From assembly GCA_963773035.1 (NCBI GenBank), contig CAVYZX010000004.1, positions 470,642 through 534,641 of the forward strand: a stretch of DNA of 64,000 bases. Direction: 5' to 3'. This document shows positions 26,612 to 35,873 of the stretch, piece after piece (position 1 is the stretch's first letter; every line of letters begins with the position of its first letter). Below the pieces are notes generated by a model, which saw nothing but the letters and a program-made list of their open reading frames with translations, was not told the origin of the DNA and ran no database searches. The position numbers and the translations under genes were made by a program. The stretch is from an uncultured Acidobacteriota bacterium (GTDB lineage: Bacteria > Acidobacteriota > Vicinamibacteria > Vicinamibacterales > CAVVIG01).

Positions 26612-29600
26612 ATGACGAAGAAGCCGGCCTTCTGGGTGCTCCTGGCACTCGTGCTTCGTCGCGTCGGCCACCTTCTCGTGGCGGTACTTCACGAGCGCTT
26701 TCCCGCTTTGTCGATCGACATCGGCATGGATCGTCAGGCGGCGCTCGCCAGCGCCCGGATGCTCGCCTCCGATCGACAAATCGGCCCGGCGGACTTTCGG
26801 GATGCCGCCTCGTTCTCGATCGATGAAACGGTTCAGACGTTCGTCGAGCTGGAGGGCGGTGGCAAGCCCGCATTCGCCACACTGGTGAGCGACCGTCTGT
26901 TCGCACCTTACAAGTGGCGCGTCCGGCACTTCAAAGAACTCGAGAAGCATGAAGCGACGTTCACGTTCGCGCCCGATGGAACACCAAACGGATTCGTCGA
27001 GAGACTTCGAGAAGACGCGCCTGGCGCGGCGCTGACGGCAGAAGCGGCGCGCGCCATCGCTGAGGCCGCGGCCGGACGACCGTGGGGCGCGGACCTGACG
27101 GCCTTTCGCTCGGTCGAGCAGTCCCAGGAGCGACGCACCGGAGGACGCGTCGACTACACATTCGTATACGAGCGCCCGGACCGGCAACTCGGCGACGGCC
27201 GGTTCCGCCTTCGACTGGTGGTCAGCGGTGACAAGCTGACCGAGCTCTCCTACTTTCTCAAGATTCCTGACGCCTTCTCCAGACGCTACGAACAGATGCG
27301 ATCAATCAACAATGCGATCGGTGTTGGAGGGTCGCTTGCGTTGCTGGTGTTGTACGGCGTCGGCGGGATCGCCATCGGCCTGTTCTTCCTGGGCCGGCAG
27401 CGATGGATCATCTGGCGGCAACCTGTGTTCTGGGGCGTGGTCGTCGCCATCGTCCAAACCGCCGCGCGTGTGAACGAATGGCCGCTGGCCTGGATGCAGT
27501 ACGACACCGCGCTCTCGACGCGATCGTTCATCGCTCAGCAGGCCGCAGTCGCGATCGCCGAGCTGGCGGTCAACGTCGTGTTGTTCAGCTTTTCATTCAT
27601 GGCGGCGGAGAGCCTCACTCGGCGCGCGTTCCCCAACCATCCCCAGTTCTGGCGGATATGGGGCCGGCAGGCCGGTGCGTCGCGCGCGGTCCTCGGTCGT
27701 ACGGCGACAGGGTACCTGCTCGTATCGATCTTCGTGGCCTACGAAGTCGCGTTGTATTTCGTGGCCACCAATTCGCTGGGCTGGTGGAGTCCGTCCGAGG
27801 CGCTGTTCAATCCCGACGTGCTGGCGTCGTACTCGCCGTGGCTCTCAGCGATTGCGCGGTCCTTTCAAGCGGGGTTCTGGGAAGAGGCGCTCTTCCGTGC
27901 CGTACCGATTGCGGGTGCCGCGCTCATCGGCGACCGCCTCGGAAACCGTCGCCTGTGGATCGTCATCGCGTTCATCGTGCAGGCGATCATTTTCGGCGCC
28001 GGACATGCACCCTATCCGACGCAGCCGGCGTACGCCCGGCCGGTCGAGCTCGTTTTGCCGTCGATCGGCTTCGGGTTGCTCTATCTGACGTTCGGTCTTC
28101 TTCCCGGCATCGTTCTTCACTTCGCGTTCGACGCGTTCTGGTTCGCGATGCCCCTGTTTGCAACGACAGCCGCCGGGATTCGCGTTCAGCAGATCATGGT
28201 CGTCGCCATGATTTTCGTGCCGCTGTGGATCGTGCTGATCCGCCGGATCGTGGCTCCAGGTGTTCCTGAAGACGTGCCGCTGAATGCCTCGTGGCATCCG
28301 GCTCCCATCGATGCCACCTCGACGAAGGAGCCGATTGCGACCGCGACGGGCGGCGTGGCACCGTCGCACGTCCGGTGGGTGATGATTGCAGGGATCGTTG
28401 CCGCGGCAGTGTGGATCGTGGCGGTCGTGCGCATGCCGGCCCAGCGCTACGCGCTCGGCGCTTCTCGAACCGAGGCCATCAGGGCGACGCGGTCAGCGCT
28501 CGAGTCGGCTCGCCTCGGACCGGAGTGGCGATTCCTCCCGCTTACGAGCGAAGCCGGTGGTTCGGCTCACCGGTTCGTCTGGACGACCGCCGGGCGAGAA
28601 ACATACGAGTCGCTCCTGGGCACCTATCTGAATCTCCCTGGCTGGTCGGTGTTCGTACGAAAATTCGAAGGCGACGTCGCCGATCGCGCGGAGAACTGGA
28701 CGACAAGGCTGGGCCCAGACGCCACGGTCTCGAACATCAGCCATGAGCTTCCTGAGGCGCGTGCCGGTGCAGCTCTCGATGAAACAACCGCCCGCGAACT
28801 GGCCAAACGCGCATTGGTCCAGCGGTTTGCCATCGACGCCGCGGTCCTGAAGGATGTATCCGCCGTCCCCTCGAAGCTGCCGCAACGCACCGACTGGGTC
28901 GTGACGTTTTCAGACACCGCTCGTTCGCTCCCGAGAGGCGAATTGCGCCTGTCGACGCGCATTGCCGGCGGTGAAGTCGCCGAGACACGCCGGTTCGTCT
29001 TCATCCCCGAAGAGTGGGAGCGCTCCGATCGCAACGCGCAGACCATTGCGTCGATCATTGGCGCGGGCACGCTACTACTCGGAGTAGTGATGGTCGTTGC
29101 CGGGATGATTCTGTCGATCGTGTCGTGGAGCCGGCGTCAATTCTCGGTACCGCTCTTTCTGACCATGCTGGCAAGCCTCCTGATCTTGAGCGCCGCGCGT
29201 CTGGCCAACAACTTCCCGATCTTGATGGCCCAACTATCGACCGCCCAGCCGTTGCGCTTACAACTTGCCGTGCTTCTCGGTTCGACAACAGTTGGTGTGG
29301 CGTTGCAGGCGGCCGCATTAGCGCTCATCGCGGGAGCGGTGCCCTATTGGTGCTCGACGGGCCGTCTGAGGTTGCCGACGGCCGCGAGGCTCGGCCTGTC
29401 GCTCGGCGCAATCGGTGCGGGTGCGGCAGCCGTCAGCGCGTTGTCGTCGAACGGACCTCTGTGGCCCTCGTACGCCGGCGCCGCAACGTTCGCCCCGTTG
29501 ATCGCGTCTGCAACGACTCCCGTCCTCGGGTTGCTGACCCGGATTACGCTTCTACTGCTGATTGTCGGCGCGGCAAACCGTCTGACTGCGGGCTGGACAC

Positions 29601-29950
29601 GCCGACGCACGCTCACGGCGGTCCTCATCGTGGCCGTGGGCGGCGTCCTGGGCAACAGTGCGTCACCGTTGAATATCGGAATGTGGATCACCGCGGCGAT
29701 CGTTATCGGACTGATTCTGCTCGCCGTGTACGTGTTCGTGTTGCGTCACGACGTCAGCGTCATCCCTCTCGCCGCCGCCGTCGTCGCGACCGTCGGGACC
29801 CTGCCCGAAGGCTTGTCACGGGCCTATCCCGGAGCGCTGCCCGGAGCCCTGATTGCGGTCGCCATCATGTGGCTCGCCGCCTATGCGTGGTTCCGGACGC
29901 TGTCGGGCCCACACCGGACCAACATGCTCGGCGACGTGGTCACCGCATGA
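26612..29950 (+). CDS. Very large polytopic membrane protein containing a CPBP (CAAX/Abi-type) intramembrane glutamic protease domain
   Basis: 1112 aa. CPBP motifs: FWEEALFRAVP (EExxxR), IIFGAGHAPY (FxxxH) and VLHFAFDAFWF (HxxxD/N). An N-terminal TM and soluble domain, a second soluble domain (residues about 620-800) and about 8 further C-terminal TM helices are present. Confidence 0.8.
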   Translation: MTKKPAFWVLLALVLRRVGHLLVAVLHERFPALSIDIGMDRQAALASARMLASDRQIGPADFRDAASFSIDETVQTFVELEGGGKPAFATLVSDRLFAPYKWRVRHFKELEKHEATFTFAPDGTPNGFVERLREDAPGAALTAEAARAIAEAAAGRPWGADLTAFRSVEQSQERRTGGRVDYTFVYERPDRQLGDGRFRLRLVVSGDKLTELSYFLKIPDAFSRRYEQMRSINNAIGVGGSLALLVLYGVGGIAIGLFFLGRQRWIIWRQPVFWGVVVAIVQTAARVNEWPLAWMQYDTALSTRSFIAQQAAVAIAELAVNVVLFSFSFMAAESLTRRAFPNHPQFWRIWGRQAGASRAVLGRTATGYLLVSIFVAYEVALYFVATNSLGWWSPSEALFNPDVLASYSPWLSAIARSFQAGFWEEALFRAVPIAGAALIGDRLGNRRLWIVIAFIVQAIIFGAGHAPYPTQPAYARPVELVLPSIGFGLLYLTFGLLPGIVLHFAFDAFWFAMPLFATTAAGIRVQQIMVVAMIFVPLWIVLIRRIVAPGVPEDVPLNASWHPAPIDATSTKEPIATATGGVAPSHVRWVMIAGIVAAAVWIVAVVRMPAQRYALGASRTEAIRATRSALESARLGPEWRFLPLTSEAGGSAHRFVWTTAGRETYESLLGTYLNLPGWSVFVRKFEGDVADRAENWTTRLGPDATVSNISHELPEARAGAALDETTARELAKRALVQRFAIDAAVLKDVSAVPSKLPQRTDWVVTFSDTARSLPRGELRLSTRIAGGEVAETRRFVFIPEEWERSDRNAQTIASIIGAGTLLLGVVMVVAGMILSIVSWSRRQFSVPLFLTMLASLLILSAARLANNFPILMAQLSTAQPLRLQLAVLLGSTTVGVALQAAALALIAGAVPYWCSTGRLRLPTAARLGLSLGAIGAGAAAVSALSSNGPLWPSYAGAATFAPLIASATTPVLGLLTRITLLLLIVGAANRLTAGWTRRRTLTAVLIVAVGGVLGNSASPLNIGMWITAAIVIGLILLAVYVFVLRHDVSVIPLAAAVVATVGTLPEGLSRAYPGALPGALIAVAIMWLAAYAWFRTLSGPHRTNMLGDVVTA

Positions 29951-30390
29951 CGAGCTCCACGGGCAGACGGGTTCTTCTTATGGCTGCCGCAGTTGCCATC
30001 ATTGCCGTCGCAGTCGTCACATTGTTTTTGTCTTCGACATCACCCGCCCGCAACGGGCCGGTCGAGTTCACGCGCGTCGGGCAAAACGGCCCTGTATTCA
30101 CCGTGTCCGTGTCACCTGCGAAAGCCTCGGATGATGAGTACCTGATGCGAATTGCGGAACAGCTATCGGCCGAGCAGACTCAGTCGGGTGGCTCGGGACA
30201 GGTGAGCGTCATGGTTTGGCCAAACGACGTCCCCGTCCCGAAGGAACCGCCGACGACGGAGTTCGACGCGTCGATGCGCACGCAGATCGCCGGGATCTTC
30301 GTGAACCCCACACGCAACATCAAGCACATGATTCGCTTCAAAGAGGGCGCAACCGTCCTGGAGAAAGAATTTGGAGCGAAGACGCGTTGA
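29947..30390 (+). CDS. Membrane-anchored hypothetical protein, translationally coupled to the CPBP gene
   Basis: The ATG overlaps the upstream stop as ATGA. MTSSTGRRVLLMAAAVAIIAVAVVTLFL is a signal anchor, followed by a 110-aa soluble domain. I recognise no family. Confidence 0.65.
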   Translation: MTSSTGRRVLLMAAAVAIIAVAVVTLFLSSTSPARNGPVEFTRVGQNGPVFTVSVSPAKASDDEYLMRIAEQLSAEQTQSGGSGQVSVMVWPNDVPVPKEPPTTEFDASMRTQIAGIFVNPTRNIKHMIRFKEGATVLEKEFGAKTR

Positions 30391-30423
30391 CACCCGAAAT
30401 CTACGATCTAGGATCTACCTGAC

Positions 30424-31233
30424 GTGCTTCGCTGCCGCCACAGACTCACCGACGCCCTCCTGGTTGGCGGATTGTGCCTCGCTGCGACTGCCTTCGCACA
30501 GCGGGGCCGTTTCGGGTTCCGGCTGCCACCCAATCCCGCATACGACGGCGCCTTTCAGTTTTGCCGGGCGATCTATCAAAGAAATCCGTACCCGGACGGA
30601 GGTAATTGGACGACGGACTATCCGCAAGCCGATGTGAATTTTCCGTATCGGCTCGCCGAGCTCACGCTGACGCCGGTCAGCAAGGACACCAAGCGCAACC
30701 CCAATCACGCCATCGTCGGCTTGACCGATCCCGAGCTCTATCGGTGCCCGATGATCATGATGTATGAGGTCGGCGCGATCTATTTCGACGAAACGGATGC
30801 AGCCGGACTCAGGGACTATCTGCTCAAAGGTGGCTTCCTCTGGGTAGACGATTTCTGGGGCGAGTACGCGTGGCGGGTCTGGGAAACCGAAATCCGCAAG
30901 GTTCTCCCGGCGGGCGAATATCCGATGATGGACATCCCTCTGGCGCATCCAATCTTTCACGTGCTGTACGAAGTGAACGAGGTTCCTCAAATTCCGTCCA
31001 TCGGCTTCTGGTTCGGAACTGGCGGCCGGACTTCTGAGCGCGCCGACAGCCAGGTTCCGCACATCCGAGGGATCTTCGATCGGCGTGGAAGGTTGATGGT
31101 TCTCGTCTCGCACAACACCGACTTCGGTGATGCGTTCGAGCGCGAAGGCGAGAATCGGGCGTACTTCGAACGCTTCGCCGGCGTGGGCTACGCGTTCGGC
31201 ATCAACGCCGCGCTGTATGCGATGACGCACTAG
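30424..31233 (+). CDS. DUF4159-family secreted protein (paralog 1)
   Basis: Contains YDGAFQFCR, DYPQADVNFPYRL, LYRCPMIMMYEVG, LRDYLLKGGFLWVDDFWG, LAHPIFH, HNTDFGDAFE and GINAALYAMTH. This matches the DUF4159 pattern as I remember it. Confidence 0.7.
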   Translation: MLRCRHRLTDALLVGGLCLAATAFAQRGRFGFRLPPNPAYDGAFQFCRAIYQRNPYPDGGNWTTDYPQADVNFPYRLAELTLTPVSKDTKRNPNHAIVGLTDPELYRCPMIMMYEVGAIYFDETDAAGLRDYLLKGGFLWVDDFWGEYAWRVWETEIRKVLPAGEYPMMDIPLAHPIFHVLYEVNEVPQIPSIGFWFGTGGRTSERADSQVPHIRGIFDRRGRLMVLVSHNTDFGDAFEREGENRAYFERFAGVGYAFGINAALYAMTH

Positions 31234-31353
31234 AGCAGCTATCAGCTGTCTGCTATCAGCTGTCTGCCATCAGCTGTCAGTTCTCAGGGACCAACCCTTA
31301 CGCAGTTTTGACGTGAACCGAGCTGACTGCTGACAGCTGAAAGCTGACAGCTG
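31234..31353. repeat. Inverted pair of CAGCTG-based heptamer arrays around a unique loop of about 32 nt
   Basis: Left arm (31234-31287): ATCAGCTGTCTGCT ATCAGCTGTCTGCC ATCAGCTGTCAGTT. Right arm (31320-31353): GAGCTGACTGCTGACAGCTGAAAGCTGACAGCTG. The arms are mutually complementary in several registers. Confidence 0.85.
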
Positions 31354-31393
31354 TTCTTGAAGTAGACTGGCGCTGACACGCTAGGAGATCGTG

Positions 31394-32206
31394 ATGCTGC
31401 GCCCTGGACGCGGAACGACGCTCGTCTTGCTCGTGGCGGGACTCTGCGTCGCAGCCACCGCGGCGGCACAACGCGGCCGGTTCGGCTTCCGCCTGCCGCC
31501 CAATCCCCCTTACGACGGTGGATTCATGTTCTGCCGGATCATGTTCCGGCAGGCATCGAACGGCGATGGAGGCGGCTGGGCCGTCGACTATCCACGCGCC
31601 GACATGAACCTGCCGTATCGACTCTCGGAGCTTACTTTGACGCCCGTCAGTCGCGACGAGAAGGGCAACTACAATCACGCGGTATTACGTTTGACGGATC
31701 CGGAGCTCTATCACTGCCCCTTCATCATGATGACGGAGGTCGGGGCTCTCTACATGGACGAGGAGGAGGCGGCCCACTTGAAAGACTACCTCCTCAAGGG
31801 CGGCTTCCTGTGGGCGGATGATTTCTGGGGCGAGTTCGCATGGCGGATCTGGGAGAACGCAATTCGCCAGGCGCTGCCCGCCGGTGAGTACCCGATCGTC
31901 GATCTCCCGCTCGCACATCCGCTCTTTCACACGTTGTATCAAGTGAACAGCGTGCCGCAGATTCCATCGATCAATGCGTGGTTCGAGCTGGGCGGCGGCA
32001 CGTCCGAGCGCGGCGTAGACAGCGCCGTGCCCCATGCCCGGGCCATCCTCGACGCCCGAGGCAACATCATGGTGCTGATCACGCACAACACCGACTTCGG
32101 CGACGCCTTCGAGCGGGAAGGCGACAATCGTGCCTACTTCGACAGGTTCGCCGGCGTCGGCTACGCGTTCGGCATCAACGCGTTGCTGTATGCCATGACC
32201 CACTGA
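31394..32206 (+). CDS. DUF4159-family secreted protein (paralog 2, tandem duplicate)
   Basis: Collinear with 30424-31233 over its full length and clearly majority-identical by eye. AGGAG lies 6 nt upstream of ATG 31394. Confidence 0.7.
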   Translation: MLRPGRGTTLVLLVAGLCVAATAAAQRGRFGFRLPPNPPYDGGFMFCRIMFRQASNGDGGGWAVDYPRADMNLPYRLSELTLTPVSRDEKGNYNHAVLRLTDPELYHCPFIMMTEVGALYMDEEEAAHLKDYLLKGGFLWADDFWGEFAWRIWENAIRQALPAGEYPIVDLPLAHPLFHTLYQVNSVPQIPSINAWFELGGGTSERGVDSAVPHARAILDARGNIMVLITHNTDFGDAFEREGDNRAYFDRFAGVGYAFGINALLYAMTH

Positions 32207-32224
32207 CCGGCAAGATTTGAGAAT

Positions 32225-33769
32225 GTGGGGATGACGCAAGGCTATGTCACCGACACGAACTATACGGACAACTTCTTTCAGGAGTTGTCTCCCGTCTGGC
32301 TGAATTACGTCGCGGCACTGATGGGTGCGGTGCCGCGCCGCCTCGACGTCCCGTTCACGTATCTTGAGCTCGGCTGCGGCTTCGGCAGTTCCACGGTCGT
32401 CAACGCAGGCGCATTGCCACACGGCGAGTTCCACGCGTGCGACTTCAACCCGGCCCACATCGAAGGCGGTCAGCGGCGCGCGGCCGCGTTGGGTATCGGC
32501 AACGTCCATTTTCATCTGGCATCGTTCGATCAGCTGCTCTCGCTGGATCTGCCCTCCTTTGATTTCATCGCACTACACGGCGTCTACAGTTGGGTCGGGA
32601 CCGAAGCGCGGCGGGCCATCCGTGCGGTGATCCGCAAGACGCTGAAGGCCGGCGGCCTGGTGTACGTGAGTTACAACTGTCTGCCAGGCTGGTCGACCGA
32701 AGCGCCGCTGCGGAAGCTGCTGGTGGAGCTGTCCGCAACTGCCGGCGGGGGCTCGGCGCAACGGACGCACCAGGCGCTGCGCACGCTCCAGCAACTGAGC
32801 CGGAGCAAGCTTCGCTACTTCAATGCCAATCCTTCAGCCGTAGAGGCCATCGACGCTTACGCCAAGCGGCCGAGCGGCTATCTGGCCCATGAATTCCTGA
32901 ACGAGACGTGGGAGCCCTTCTACTCGATCGATGTGGCCGACGAGATGCTGGAAGCCGAGGTGCACTACCTCGGAAGCGCGACACTGCCGGAGAATCACCC
33001 CACGCTGGCCATCGGCACGATGGCCGCCGCGGAAATCACGAAACTCCCGACCGAGCGGCAACGGCAGCTGGCTGTCGACTTTGCGATGAATCAACGCTTC
33101 CGACGGGACGTCTTCGTCCGCGGGCGCCCCACTCGCAACCAGGCAGAAATCAGCCGCCACCTCGATGCCACCGTGATCGGAAGCCTTTCTCGCCCCGAGC
33201 GGATGCCCACCCAAATCAAGGTGCCGCGCGGCGAAGTTCGTTTTCAGGAGGATTTCGTGGCCGACCTTCGACCGATCATGTCGCGGGGTTCGACGACGAT
33301 CGGAGAGGCGGTCTCGACGCTCGGCGGCGGCAAAAGGGACGCAACTGAAATTGCCCGCAATCTTTTGTTCCTGGTCGCGGCAGGCACCTTGACGCCTTTC
33401 GCGCAAGTGCACCACTCCAACGGAACTGTCAAACCTCGGCGGTTGGCCAAGGGCATCGTGGAACGGGCGCTCGCCCCAGCATTGGATCGACGCGAGCGTC
33501 GCGTGATCCCGAGCGAAGTTCTCGGCAACGGCGTCGTCATTCAACCGGTCGAAGCCCTGGCCGTCTCGGAATGGGTGGACGGCGCCGATGGCGTCGAGGA
33601 CTTGGCGACACGACTGGAGGCTGGAATCAACCGGATGCGTCTGAAAATTCCCAACGAAGGCACAGACACAGGGCCCGCGAAGACCGTGGCCGAGTACGCA
33701 CGAACCGAAGCGAGCAATGCGGTGGAAGACTTGCTGCCTACCTTTACGCGTCTCGGGCTGTTGGTGTGA
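32225..33769 (+). CDS. Class I SAM methyltransferase with a C-terminal methyltransferase-regulatory domain
   Basis: YTDNFFQELSPVWLNYVAAL...YLELGCGFGSSTVVNAG...FDFIALHGVYSWV is typical of the MethyTransf_Reg-containing family. The start is GTG 32225 or ATG 32231. Confidence 0.75.
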   Translation: MGMTQGYVTDTNYTDNFFQELSPVWLNYVAALMGAVPRRLDVPFTYLELGCGFGSSTVVNAGALPHGEFHACDFNPAHIEGGQRRAAALGIGNVHFHLASFDQLLSLDLPSFDFIALHGVYSWVGTEARRAIRAVIRKTLKAGGLVYVSYNCLPGWSTEAPLRKLLVELSATAGGGSAQRTHQALRTLQQLSRSKLRYFNANPSAVEAIDAYAKRPSGYLAHEFLNETWEPFYSIDVADEMLEAEVHYLGSATLPENHPTLAIGTMAAAEITKLPTERQRQLAVDFAMNQRFRRDVFVRGRPTRNQAEISRHLDATVIGSLSRPERMPTQIKVPRGEVRFQEDFVADLRPIMSRGSTTIGEAVSTLGGGKRDATEIARNLLFLVAAGTLTPFAQVHHSNGTVKPRRLAKGIVERALAPALDRRERRVIPSEVLGNGVVIQPVEALAVSEWVDGADGVEDLATRLEAGINRMRLKIPNEGTDTGPAKTVAEYARTEASNAVEDLLPTFTRLGLLV

Positions 33770-33788
33770 TGGCAATCGGCCGTCGGCG

Positions 33789-34850
33789 CTACCGGCAGTT
33801 GCTGATTCGGGCCATCGGTCCCCATTCCGACATCATGCCGTCTGAGGGGCTCGCTGGAAGTGGTCGCGTCGAACGAACGAAGCTGCTCGAATCGTCGATG
33901 GGCAGCGCGGACACGTTGTCGCAGAAGTCTTGCCACATGCCATCGCGCTGAAGGTACTCTTCGACGTTCGAGACGTAAAAGACGGAGACCATCGCGCGTT
34001 TCTGCTTCAGGTAGGCGCCAACCGATCGGACGGCCTTCGGTCCGGCAAAATCGCCCACGACAGGAACAATCAAGTTGCGCGTTTCGAGAGCCTTGACGAA
34101 GGTGAAGGCCTCCTCGGACGACAGGAAGCCTCGCGCCTGGCCGCGTTCGTCCGTGGCGATCATCAGCTGCGCATAGGTTGGCTGCACCGTTCCACCCGCC
34201 ACGCCTACGGGTGAATAACGGACGTCCGGTCCGAACATGAAAAACGCGTGATAGACAAATTCAATCGCTCGAAGATCCTCGTCTGCCAGCGCGAAACCAT
34301 GCTTCGTGACGAGCTGGTGACGGACCGTCGCCAGGGTCTCGACGTAGAGCCGCTCGCTCGCGGCCACGCCCGCGTAAGCATCGAAGATGTCGGCCGCCGT
34401 TGATTTGGCGTCGAGACCGGCCGGGCGAGGTTTCGCGAACAATCGCGAGACGAAGTCGGCCCGATCCGCGGAGACCTCGAACAGGGCTTTGTACAGCAGG
34501 TGCAAATTCAGATTACCGCGCCGAATGTCGACGATGAATGCGATCGTCGGCTTGAGCGCCGCGATATAGGTGAAGTTCTGCTCGGGGCCGACACCGAGAT
34601 AGGCGCGCCCGGCCTTGACGACTCGCAAGAGCTCGGGGATCACGTACTGATAGCGCTGCTCGTTCGAAAGGAGATTGTCCGACCGAAAAATGCCGCTTGG
34701 CTCCGACAATGCCGCGCTCAGCGTCCAGAATTCCTGATCGCTCAATTGCGACGGTGCCTGGGCGGCCACGTCGCGTGACAGGCCAGAGAGGAGACCGCAC
34801 GTGAGCGCTGCAAGCGCAACGGCGACGATCAATCGACGACGACGAATCAC
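33789..34850 (-). CDS. Secreted conserved hypothetical protein with Rossmann/methyltransferase-like motifs
   Basis: 353 aa with GTG start. Signal: MIRRRRLIVAVALAALTCGLLSG...AAQ. YLGVGPEQNFTYIAALKPTIAFIVDIRR and VSVFYVSNVEEYL resemble nucleotide-binding motifs. The family is unknown to me. Confidence 0.7.
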   Translation of the reverse strand: MIRRRRLIVAVALAALTCGLLSGLSRDVAAQAPSQLSDQEFWTLSAALSEPSGIFRSDNLLSNEQRYQYVIPELLRVVKAGRAYLGVGPEQNFTYIAALKPTIAFIVDIRRGNLNLHLLYKALFEVSADRADFVSRLFAKPRPAGLDAKSTAADIFDAYAGVAASERLYVETLATVRHQLVTKHGFALADEDLRAIEFVYHAFFMFGPDVRYSPVGVAGGTVQPTYAQLMIATDERGQARGFLSSEEAFTFVKALETRNLIVPVVGDFAGPKAVRSVGAYLKQKRAMVSVFYVSNVEEYLQRDGMWQDFCDNVSALPIDDSSSFVRSTRPLPASPSDGMMSEWGPMARISNCR

Positions 34851-34852
34851 AG

Positions 34853-34920
34853 CCCTGCCCCTCCTGCCCTTCCTGCCCTTCCTGCCCTTCCCGCCCCTCC
34901 TGCCCCTCCTGCCCTTCCTG
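34853..34920. repeat. Tandem nonamer array (TCCTGCCCY) of about 7 units between two same-strand genes
   Basis: Reads CCCTGCCCC TCCTGCCCT x3, TCCCGCCCC, TCCTGCCCC, TCCTGCCCT, TCCTG. A single related motif, CCCCTCCTGCCCTTCCAGCCTC, occurs at about 21605-21630. Confidence 0.85.
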
Positions 34921-34929
34921 TCGCAATAA

Positions 34930-35820
34930 TCACTCTCGCAGAAATGAGATCAAAGCGGGGTGAACGACGTCCGGCTGCTCCCATTGCGGCAGGTGGCCGG
35001 CCGATTCGATCGGCACGAGCCGAGTCCGCGGCACCGCCTGGAGCAACGCCGCGCTGAATTCGAAGGGCACGGATTCGTCCTCTTTCCCCCAAATCGCCAG
35101 GACCGGTCGAGGATGCTGACCGACCCGCTTCAACTCGGGGCCCTGATCGAGAGTCGCATTGTTCACCGTGGTCGACAACTGAGCGCGTCGAAACCCGCGA
35201 TATCGGATCTGTTCGCTGTATCGGTCCGGCCAGTCCGGAAAGCGCTCCGGCTTGTGAAAGTCGCCCAACTGGGCATCGGCCCACCAGCGCTCCTCGAAGA
35301 TGGCGGTCAGGAAGTTCCACAGTCGCGGCAGGTTGTCGAGAAGCGGGATCTCGTACGGAGCTCGAAACGACGGGTCGACGTAGACCAGAGTCCGGACGCG
35401 ATCAGGATTCCGATCCGCAAAGGTCGTGACGACAGCTCCACCGAACGAAAGGCCGGCGAGGTTGATTGGTTGCGTGATGTGCAGCGCATCGAGCAGTTCC
35501 GTCAGCTGCCGGACAATGGCGTCGTGCGTGTACGCGATGTCCGGACGGTCGGAGTATCCGCGGCCGTAGTAGTCGTACCGCAGCACCCTGAATCCAGCGT
35601 CGGCGAGTGCCTTGAAGGTCGGATCCCAGATGTAATACGGAACGCTGATGCCGGCGGCCAGCACGACAATCTCACCGTTCACGGGTCCACCGAGCTCGTA
35701 ATGGGTGTAGCCGTCGGCGAGGCGCACGAACTGGCCGGACACCGACTTACGGACCGAGTCGTCGATATCGAGTTTCTCCGGATCGGCAGCGACGTACAGA
35801 CCTCTGAGCGCGGCACCCAC
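34930..35820 (-). CDS. Alpha/beta hydrolase, probably N-terminally longer than the canonical-start ORF
   Basis: Contains NLAGLSFGGAV (GxSxG) and AGHLPQWEQP. The frame stays open upstream and encodes APSTRRRLAITVGSFLLVGAAL, a signal anchor, with no ATG, GTG or TTG. A possible ATT start at 35874 overlaps the upstream TGA. Confidence 0.75.
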   Translation of the reverse strand: MGAALRGLYVAADPEKLDIDDSVRKSVSGQFVRLADGYTHYELGGPVNGEIVVLAAGISVPYYIWDPTFKALADAGFRVLRYDYYGRGYSDRPDIAYTHDAIVRQLTELLDALHITQPINLAGLSFGGAVVTTFADRNPDRVRTLVYVDPSFRAPYEIPLLDNLPRLWNFLTAIFEERWWADAQLGDFHKPERFPDWPDRYSEQIRYRGFRRAQLSTTVNNATLDQGPELKRVGQHPRPVLAIWGKEDESVPFEFSAALLQAVPRTRLVPIESAGHLPQWEQPDVVHPALISFLRE

Positions 35821-35873
35821 GAGCAGGAACGATCCGACTGTTATCGCAAGCCGGCGGCGTGTGGAAGGAGCAA

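Noticed and set aside
34513-34926. ORF encoding MRQEGQEGQEGREGQEGQEGQEGQG...
   Set aside because: The N-terminus is merely the translation of the nonamer array, and the remainder is out-of-frame overlap with the 33789-34850 gene.
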